Assembly: GCF_006345805.1 (NCBI RefSeq)
Contig: NW_021832280.1
Coordinates: 1 to 64,000 of the forward strand
Source: Octopus sinensis
Taxonomy: Eukaryota
Reading direction: 5' to 3'
Length of the DNA: 64,000 nucleotides
Part shown: positions 1 to 8,728 of the stretch, piece by piece
Layout: each line of letters opens with the position of its first letter
How positions within the stretch are numbered: the stretch's first letter is position 1
Position numbers and translations under genes: made by a program
Notes under the pieces: generated by a model
What the model was told of the DNA's origin: nothing
The model's database searches: none
What the model saw: only the letters and a program-made list of their open reading frames with translations

Positions 1-577
1 ACTCAATGCGGTTGCTCCATGTTCACATTGGTGCATTCAGGTGTCGAGTCAGTACCTGTCCAATAGTCGGAAGTGTCTGAGCAGGTCACTCAGGCTTTTG
101 CATCCCCATCTATTCCTATCAGTCCCTACATAGTCTAGATGCATGTCCAAGGTAGCATTCTAATCGTGCACTAAAAGTAAAGGATGAGATGTTCCTAGAA
201 ATACTTCTTGACGTCAAAAGAAATCCAGCTGACCTGTTAAAGGCACTTCATAGACTGATATGAGTTGAAAAGCACACCCACTGATGCTGCCAACATCCAG
301 GACAACCAGTCTACCCTCCAGCTCTACAAATATTGTATTTATTTCGAGATCCAGACTCTTGCGCAAAAGTACCATCATGCCACTACTGCCTATTCTAGGT
401 AGAGAGGGAGAAAAATAAATGTTTAACTGTCCGCTAAATATGGACTTTAGGGCCCGTGATTATGGAGTCTGGTCTCACTTGTGGCTATGATATCTAAATC
501 ATGAGACTTTATGTCATTTAAGAGGTACCCTTGTTTCCAAGGGAATCTCAAGCATTTACACAACCAATCTTGATCAT
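1..577 (-). mobile_element. Tx1-like (L1 clade) LINE copy A, ORF2 N-terminal APE endonuclease remnant (continues off the window start)
   Basis: Minus strand from ATG at 577 reads MIKIGCVNA..WKQGYLLNDIKSHDLDIIATSETRL, with stops and frameshifts. It is colinear with the APE at 11844-12323 (MFKIGSANV..WKQGYLLNEIKSQNVDIIAIGETRL). Confidence 0.8.
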
Positions 578-604
578 AATACTAATGAAGTGTGTGTGTG
601 TGTT

Positions 605-2246
605 TTAAAACACAAATGAAAGGAATAGAGACTTACTTACCATTCGAAAGTTTTTGTGTCTCCTCCTTAGGTTTTTCCTCAAGGAGATTACAATAGTAAT
701 AGTAATTAGTCTGTGGTGCAGGGTTGGTGTGATATGCAATATTTTAATGTGTTCTGGTGATGTTGTGTTTGGGTGATTGCTTGTTTTGATGTCTTTGTGT
801 GTCAAGTTTGCTTTTGTATTAATGTATTCCATCAACTCTGTATTTCTCATGTTGATGGCTGTGAGCATCGTTGCTGCATATGTTTTTGTGGTGTTGGTGG
901 TGTTTGAGCTAGTGTTCAAAATGTTTTCGGGAGTTGTATACCTGCCAGTTTTATTTGCGTTTGGTTTTGTTCTTTTCTTGCTCCTCCTCCTCCTTCTTTT
1001 TCTGGCTCTTTGCCATTCCTCACTGCTTTGGTGTTCTGACAAAATTTCTGAGGAATTGGAAGAGAGTAAGGGCATATTGTGTATGCATCTATGCATGTTT
1101 GTGTAAGTGGTTGTGTTATTGTTTTCATTGCTGCTGGTTGTTGATTGTTTGTGTGTGGTGTATGTGATATAGGGGAAGGGGAATCAGTTTTCTATTTTCT
1201 CTTTGCTTTTCTGTTTCTGTAGTTCTTGCTGTTGTTGGTGATGTTTTTCCTGGTGCTGTTGATTTCTCAATTGGTGGTGGGTTTGGTTGGTGTGTTTCTT
1301 TTGTTGTACTCCCTTTGTTGTTTATCTTTTGTGTTGATGGTGGTGTGGGTTGTAGACCTTTTTTCAAATTTTTCATGTTGTGGTGGTGATTGTTGTTCTT
1401 GTTTTGTGGCAGTTGGACACTTACTTTTAAATGCATTTCACTGTTACACAGATAACAGCATCGCCTCCTGCCTTCTGCCACTATATATAGTTTGTGGTCG
1501 TCTGTTAGTTCAGTGGAATTTGGAATTTTGTTGATAGATTCCTGATCGATTTGTAGCAGGATTTCGATCGCCTTACCCATCCATTACAGCAATTTCCAGT
1601 ATGTTGCTCTCCTCCATTTCAAAACAGATGGCAGATATTTGCTATTGTGTATCTATTTCTGGAGGCACATTATTTTATTGTGACTTTTGTCACTCTTTGG
1701 TGGAGATATGTCGTTATCATCACTAACTCATCTGTGTGGAGAGTTAGTGTTGAGAACCATTTGGGCAGATCTTCAGTTTGAAATTGGACTTGAACTGTAC
1801 CATATTTGTGCCACCAGTTCACATATTCTTTGCATGCCCATATAGGGCGAAGGCATTTTTCAATTGTCTGTTGTGGTGCATTTTCTGGTCTTCTTGTTTT
1901 TGTGCTTATTACTTTGTAAATAATTGTTCTTTTTTGTGTGTGTTCTATAATGTTCTTAGGAATGCGTAGACATAAATTTGATCCTTCTTTACTAAGAAGT
2001 GCTTTTGCTTCATTAATTTGCTGGGCAGTGAATGTGACAATTGTTTTCTTTTGCTGTAGAACTTCAGCGAAATTTGTTTTGTTGTTGTTGTTGTCATTGA
2101 TGGTGGTGGTGGTGGTGGTGGTAGCAGAGGTTGTAGTTGTAGCAGTAGAAGTTGCAGTAGTAGTGTTGTTGTTGGCAGTAATGTCTTTGGTAGAGGTCAT
2201 GGTGGACAGCTTTGTGATAATTTTGATGTTGTTGTTGTTGCTGACA
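605..2246 (-). mobile_element. Tx1-like LINE copy A, ORF1 (gag-like, zinc knuckle), pseudogenised
   Basis: ORFs 1670-2275, 1125-1580 and 605-1096 give NFAEVLQQKKTIV..GTVQVQF..QRVTKVTIK and RRRCCYLCNSEMHL. These are homologous to ORF1 pieces at 6182-6819 and 12390-13541 and lie directly upstream of the APE. Confidence 0.75.
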
Positions 2247-4537
2247 ATTTTAGCGATGTGTTTTGTCCAACGCAAATCACTGTCGACAATAACACCCAGG
2301 TCACGTTCACATGAAGACTTTTTAGACTAGTGTTGTGGAGGGAGTAGGTGGACGCTGGGTTTCTCCTCCCAAAATGCATGGTGGTACATTTGTCCACAGC
2401 CAGCTTGAGTTGCCAGTCCATGATCCACTGCTGCATTGTGTCCAGGTCTGCTTGCAATAGAGATCTATAGTGTACAGGATTTGACCTCTTTATTTGGAGG
2501 TACAGCTTGATGTCATCTGCATATTTCAGCACTTTGGCATTCTTTAAGTTGGCATCTATGTCATTAACATATGCAACAAATAAAAGGGGGCCAAGAACAG
2601 ATCCCTGTGGTACACCAGATGTCATCTCATAGGGTGAAGAGTGCTGTCCTAGAACTGTGACAACCTCTTTTCGGCTGAAAATAAAGGACTTCAACCAGTT
2701 ATAGAGTTTGTCTCTTACGCCCAATGCAGAGAGCTTCACCATAAGTCTTTTGTGTGGCACAGAGTTAAAAGCCTTAGCAAAGTCCAGGTAAACAACATCC
2801 ACCCAGGATCCGCGATCAGTGATTTGGGTAACATCCTCAAGAAACTCGATGAGTTGATTACAGCAGCTGGAGTTAGGAATAAATCCGAATTGTGACGGCT
2901 GGATGAGGCTGTGAGACTTCCAGAAGTTCCAGAGGGTTTCTCTGATACAGGATTCCATCAGTTTGGCGATGCAGCTAGTAAGACTGACGGGGCAATAGTT
3001 GACAGGTGATGTGCGGTCGCCTTTTTTGAACAGAGGGATGACACTGGCAGGTTTCCACTGTTCTGGAGTAACACCATTGTCCTGACAGAATTGGAAGAAT
3101 AGAGAAACTTGGCTTAGCAGAAAGTACCCACCGCATTTGAGAAGTAGGTATGTAACACCATCGAGACCAGGAGAGGCATATTGCGTTTATTCTTAAGGTG
3201 GCGTTGCAGCATTGCTGGTGTAAATTGCATAGTAGATATAGAGTCCGATGTCAGTGGTGATGATGATGGAACATTTTGGTCTTCGACAGTAAAGATGCCG
3301 GCATAGCATCCAGCAATGATTTCTGCACATTCTTCGGGATTGCCAGTAATCTGTCCTGTGTGGGGATTGCGAAGGGGACCAACTGGAGAGTGGGGTCTCT
3401 GCTTTGAGTGCACATACTTCCAGAACACTTTGCTGTCAGGTTAGCTGCAATGCGTTGTTCAAATTCAAGCACTGCCTTTTTTGTCACCTGCTTGAGGTGG
3501 TTGGCTGACCTATTGCGCTTTTTTCTGTTGCTCTCTGATTTGTGCAATTTGTATTCCCGTTCAGCATTACGGCGTTCTTTCCTGGCAAGTCGGACTGCTG
3601 CAGTCTCCCAAATTGCACTATTTGGTGGTTTTTTGTGCTTGCGTGGTACTGATGCTGCACATGCTGCCCATATTGAATTCAGTTTAGTGTTCTGGAGTAT
3701 AGTGTCCACATCTCCAGAGGCATAAAATTCGAGCCAGTTTGGTCGTTGCAGCTCAGTACAATAAGAGCTCCAGTCTGCTTTATTCCAGTTAAAGCGGGCA
3801 GTTTGAAGATGGTTGTGATTTTTGTTACAACCAATCAGAGACAAGTCGGCCATGATCATGGAATGATCAGAGTCACCTAAAGGTTCTTCGGTAGTGACAC
3901 TAATGATTGTTTCAGGAGAAGCGGTAAGTAGCAGATCCAAAGTGTTGTTACCCCTTGTGGGGGAGGTAACAACTTAGGACCAATTTGAATTCAGCACCAG
4001 TTCAAGGAAATCGTCTGCACTTTGCGGCCAACGGAAGGCCTCCCAGTCAATCTCAGGGAAATTGAAGTCCCCCGCAATATACACATATGTGGCTGTTTTC
4101 ATGGCAGCAGCTCTGAGGATATCGAAAAGCTGTGCGTCTTGATGATAATTTGGAGGACGGTAAACAACTCCGAGCAGAAGTGTTGACATGGTCATGTGTA
4201 TATTGCAGAAAAATACCTCCTGCTGAGATTGGTTCAAATCATCACAGGAGATTGCCGATAGACTTGATCGAACATAAATCATCACACCCCCTCCACGGCG
4301 ATGAATGCGATCTTTGCGGAACAGGTTGTAGCCGGCTATGCTGAAAACTCCATCACAGAGTGCAGAGTGTGCCCATGTTTCCGTGACTGTGATGAAATCT
4401 GGGTTGATACTTTTGACGTAGGAGACAAAAAGATGCACCTTGTTGCATAAACTACGGGCATTCAAGGACAGCAGTTTATATCTGAATTTCAGATGATGAT
4501 ATACAGGGGATGGCTGATTGTTCTTGGTTAGTTTCCC
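2247..4537 (-). pseudogene. ORF2 (APE-RT) of the CR1-like LINE, no AUG start, in the -1 frame relative to ORF1
   Basis: Frame is open from GGG at 4537 through the APE. In-frame TAA at 3974-3976; frameshifts near 3430, 3175 and 2310. RT motifs lie in ORF 2197-2958. Confidence 0.85.
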
Positions 4538-5829
4538 GAGATTTTTGTATTACCAGTTGTTGTTGTGGGTGTAGTCTGCTCAGTCCAACTGGCATCCCTT
4601 ATCCACGATTCACCAGACTTGACAAATTTCCAGATCTGCCCATCATCGCGGAGGCTAAAACTCTCCCGTGGCACAGAGTTGCGATTTAGGGAAGCCACAG
4701 ATCTTAGCTTTGGGCGTACATCGGGTGGTAGGCCAGGACGTGTTCTAAAGTTGATAATGTTGTCACGCCGAGCTCTGTCAGCAGCCAGATGGAATGTCCG
4801 CGCCTCAGTAAAGCCCGTAAACAACAGCCTGATCAGCCTGGGTTTGGATCCCGGTCGGCCAAGGTGGGAAGCACTTTTTGGAGGGACACAGCTGAGATCC
4901 CTAGCTGTGATTCCAATGAATGCCTGCAGATCTGCCACATCTTCTGGCACTCCAATGGCTATTAATTCATGAGTGGCTGGTTCAGCAACTCCCTCGATGC
5001 GTTGAGGTTCTGTACGAGCTACAGGTAAGTTGCTGAGCAGGGCACTCCGATATGACCCTTCGCTGCGAGTTTTCGGACAGACACTGGTTCTGAGTCCTGC
5101 TACTTCACGACTCAAAGCAGAAATCATTTGTCTATTTTCTGCAACTTCTGTGCTGATGGTCAATCTCTGTTTTAGTTAGGAAGCATCAGGGGAGGAGGGC
5201 ATGGTTGGTTTTTGTTCCTGCTGATGTACTTCAGCTGGAATGATCAATTTTTGTTGTCGAAGAGCAATAGGGGAGGAAGACATAAGGGGTTCAAGTTTCT
5301 GTTTTTGTTGTTCTTCAACATGAATGGCCGATTTTTGTTGCTGCTGTTGAAGAGTGACAGGGGAGGAAGACACGGGCGGCTTTAGTTTTTGCTGTTGTTC
5401 TTTATCAACAGAAATGGTATTAGGAGACATAGTAGTCGGTTTTAGTTGCTGTTCAGCAGCAATGGCAGAGGAAGACACGGTTGTCGGGTTTTGTTGTTGC
5501 TGTTCAGCAGCAACGGTGGCAGGGGACACAAGTTAGGCACTGAAATGACCAGTTTGGTAGCTGACCATTTCCCAGAGTTTATCCATCATAGAAGTATGGT
5601 GTCCTTTTTTTAACAGCTGGGATCTTTTGAAAGTTTGTGGCTCATTGAAAGCAGATCGAAACACGACATTTACTGCATTCAACCATCTATTTCGGAAGGA
5701 ATTTTCGAGTCCTGTGCATAGATGACAGATGTGATTTGTTGGGCAACGCTCTATATTGGGACAGCGACCAGTTTTGTCGCATGGCTCATCCACGGATGAC
5801 AACGTGACAGTTTTGTTCTGTCTGCCCAT
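4528..5829 (-). pseudogene. ORF1 of the CR1-like LINE (434 codons including stop, two internal TAA)
   Basis: ORFs 5533-5895, 5176-5529 and 4528-5163 share one frame, each separated by a single TAA (5533-5535, 5176-5178). ATG at 5829 (MGRQNK). C-terminal part has the LINE ORF1-type IAIGVPE..LGRPGSKPRLIRLLF segment. Confidence 0.75.
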
Positions 5830-6181
5830 CCGTACCGTAGTACAAAAGGTAAAGAAAGAAAGAAAGAAAGAAAGAAAAAACTGAAGATATAGCACTTGTT
5901 AGGGAGATAAATAAGATATTATTTGTTGTTGTTATTGCTGTTAACTGTTTTCACTTTCCCCATTGTATGTGTGTATACAAGATGCAATTATATGTGTAAT
6001 CAAGAGATGTAAGGAGTCAATGGTTGGTGTGTTTATAATGCACACACTTGTTAGGGAGATTCCACACAGTTAAATATCATTTGACGTGGAGGGAGGGCTG
6101 AGGGTTTGTTTTTACTGTAAATTCTCTTTTCTCCCAACGCAGAGAAAGAAAGGGATTTTTCATTGGTGCCACCGGTATAAT

Positions 6182-7810
6182 TCAGACAGCGGTAGTAGCA
6201 GCAGCAGTAAATTCTGATAGCAGCAGTAGTAATAGCAACGCAGTTTTTTCCCTTCCATCAAGTTGGATCACATTTAACAATTTTTCGATTGAATCTTGGT
6301 CCATTTGAATTGTGATTTCAATTGATCTGCCGGTCCAATTTTCATTATGAGAAACAGCGATTTCTATAAGGTTTATTGTTTTCAAATGAAAACATATCGC
6401 TGACATGATCCATTTTGATTCAATTTCGGGTGGGACATTCTTTATTTTTATCCTGCTGACTCTTTGTCCCATGTAGTATGAGACCATGACAAGTTCATCA
6501 TTTTGTAATGGTTGTGTAGAATGCTGTTTTACCTCTTCCTGATTGTGGAAGTGGACCTGCACGATATTATATGGGGACCCCAGTTTATATATTCTTTGAT
6601 TTTCATTATGAGTTTAGCACATTTTTCTATAGCTGTTTGTGCAACTTGTTCTGTTGATTTGGGGTTTCTTTTAATTATTTTGTACATAATTGTCCTTTTT
6701 TCAACGTCCTCTCTAATGTGTTGTGGTGTGTATAAGATTAAGTTTTGTCCAGATGTTGTGAAGAGTGACCTGGTCTCAAGTAATTCTTCATTTGTGAAAT
6801 GTACAATTTCCTTCAGCACGACCTTCGAACTCTAGGTCTCACCAAGGAAATGACCAGAGACCGAGACCTGTGGAAGTATGCTGTGCGTGAGAAGACCCGG
6901 CAAGACCAGTGAGAACAATCAAAATCAAATCATATATCCGTGTCCGCTGCCAGCCTCGTCTGGCACCCGTGTCGGTGATACGTAAAAGCACCATTCGCTC
7001 GTGGCCGTTTGCCAGCTCTGTCTGGCCCCTTTTGGTGGCACGTAAAAGCACCATCCGTTCGTGTCCGTTGCCAGCATCGCCTGGCCCCGTGCCGGTGACA
7101 CGTAAAAGCACCATCCTTTTGTGGCCGTTGTGCCAGCTCTGTCTGGCACCTGTGCAGGTGGCACGTAAAAACACCCACTACACTCGCGAAGTGGTTGGCG
7201 TTAGGAAGGGCATCCACCGTAGAAACACTGCAAAATCTAACTGGGCCTAATGAAGCCTTCCGGCTTCACAGACCCCAGTTAAACCGTCCAACCCATGCTA
7301 GCATGGAAAGCGGACGCTAAATGATGATGATGATGATGATGATGTGCTTTAACATATCTACAAAATTTATTGAATTTTCTTTGTATTGTTGTTGGTGATG
7401 GTGTTGGCGATTGTTGCAGGCAAAATTGGCGTCAATAGTTTTAGTTGATGGTGTACAGGCATTGCTTGGAGCAATTGGTTTAGCAACCATGGTGCTCTTT
7501 TTGTTGTTGTTGGTGGTGGTAATGTTTGTAGTGGTGATAGTAGAAACAGTGGATGGTATATTTTTATTAATAGTATTAAGATCTTCACCAGTAATAGGTG
7601 AGATAATCAGTTTATGGAATCAATAGGCACAATTGTAGCGATAGTGTTGTTGTTGTTGCTGTTGTTATTAAGGGTTGTTGTGGGGTGGCAGTGGTAGACG
7701 TGGTAGTCTTGGTGGTGGTGGTGATGACAGGGCTGTTAACGATTGTGGAATTAGTATTCATGGTGTTGACAGCAATTTCTTTTCCATCTTTTACATTTGT
7801 TGCTGTAACA
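6182..7810 (-). mobile_element. Tx1-like LINE ORF1 fragment (copy B), interrupted by an RTE 3' end
   Basis: KEIVHFTNEELL..KRTIMYKII..VQVHF..GQRVSRIKIKNVPPEI, homologous to the ORF1 of copies A and C. (CA)n lies at its 5' side (7825-7851). Confidence 0.7.
6815..7344 (+). mobile_element. RTE-clade LINE 3' end (end of RT, tandem-repeat 3' UTR, (ATG)n tail)
   Basis: AGCACGACCTTCGAAC..GACCGAGACC, four ~60-bp GGCACGTAAAAGCACC units, then CCATGCTAGCATGGAAAGCGGACGCTAA and (ATG)n. The same end is attached to the APE-RT copy at 43628-46646. Confidence 0.85.
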
Positions 7811-7824
7811 GTGCTTACTTTAGC

Positions 7825-7856
<32 letters not shown>

Positions 7857-8285
7857 TTCATTCTTTATTTCTTCCATCATTCCCAGGCTAGGAAATGTTT
7901 CATTCATGAAGGATGCCAACCAGCGCTCCATAAAATTGAGAAAGAGACTGGATACTAAAGTAGTTCTGAAACTGCGCCTAGGGGCAATTCTACCCTTAAA
8001 ATTACCCAAATGAAAAGCTGGTGCTTCACACACCTCCAATGCAATAATGTAGACAAAGCTTGTTCAATGAAAAATGCCGATGACACGAAAATGTCAGATG
8101 ACAGATAGATTTCTCGACATTTATAAAACTTGAGAAAGCAAATTAGATATTAAAATAGGGCTGAAATTGCCCCTAGGGGCAAATTCCCCCTTGGAATGCA
8201 CCCAGATGAAAGCTGGGTGCCTTACACATCTCGTACGAAAATGTAACAAAACTTATTCAATAAACGGTAGAAAAAGCGATTACCT

Positions 8286-8526
8286 TGTAGCATAACTCAG
8301 TGATATCCTCACTGTTTGAGAGAAATCATAGAAATGATGTCGTGTTAGATAGCAGCCAGCCAATGGCTGCTTGGGACTGTGTGTGTCCGCTGCTCTAATT
8401 GGTTGGCTTACACACAGGCGCAAAATGAAACTGCACCAAAACCAACCAATCAGGGCAGCACACAACCGGTCCCAAGCATTCTATGATTTCTCTCAAACAG
8501 TGAGGATATCACTGAGCTACGCTACA
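8286..8526. mobile_element. Fold-back MITE with TGTAGC..GCTACA ends and 4-bp TSD (ACCT)
   Basis: ~50-bp terminal inverted repeats plus inner inverted arms. ACCT at 8282-8285 and 8527-8530. Confidence 0.85.
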
Positions 8527-8549
8527 ACCTTAAAAGCTGATACAACAAC

Positions 8550-8676
8550 ACATAGATGGATGAATGGATGGATGGACGGACGAAAAGACGGACAGACAGA
8601 AAGACAGATAGATTGATAGATTGATAGATAGATAGATAGATAGGTAGGTAGATAGATAGATAGGTATGTAGGTAGG

Positions 8677-8714
<38 letters not shown>

Positions 8715-8728
8715 TAGATAGATAGATT
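8550..8728. repeat. Compound tetranucleotide microsatellite (ATGG/TAGA/TAGG/CAGA) abutting the 3' end of Tx1 copy C
   Basis: Directly visible. On the minus strand it follows an AATAAA-like signal at the element's 3' end. Confidence 0.9.

Larger units (their letters stand above)
2247..5900 (-). mobile_element. CR1/L2/Jockey-group LINE, nearly intact ORF1+ORF2, cut off within the RT C-terminus
   Basis: APE (NARSL..VTETW..VYRPP..GDFNFP..LDL..SDH) and RT (QFGF..VYLDFAKAF..GVPQGSVLGPLLF..YADDIKL..ERDLGV). ORF2 has only one nonsense codon and about three 1-nt frameshifts. The segment is visibly more GC/CpG-rich than its flanks. Confidence 0.9.

Noticed and set aside
777-1534. Hydrophobic + strand ORFs that look like membrane proteins
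   Set aside because: Antisense shadows of the T/N/K-rich Tx1 ORF1; the same applies to 1938-2330, 7411-7626 and 13246-13563.
4470-4500. ATCTGA-AAT-TCAGAT hairpin as the frameshift stimulator
   Set aside because: Short, AT-rich and about 35 nt from the heptamer, too far for a canonical stimulator.
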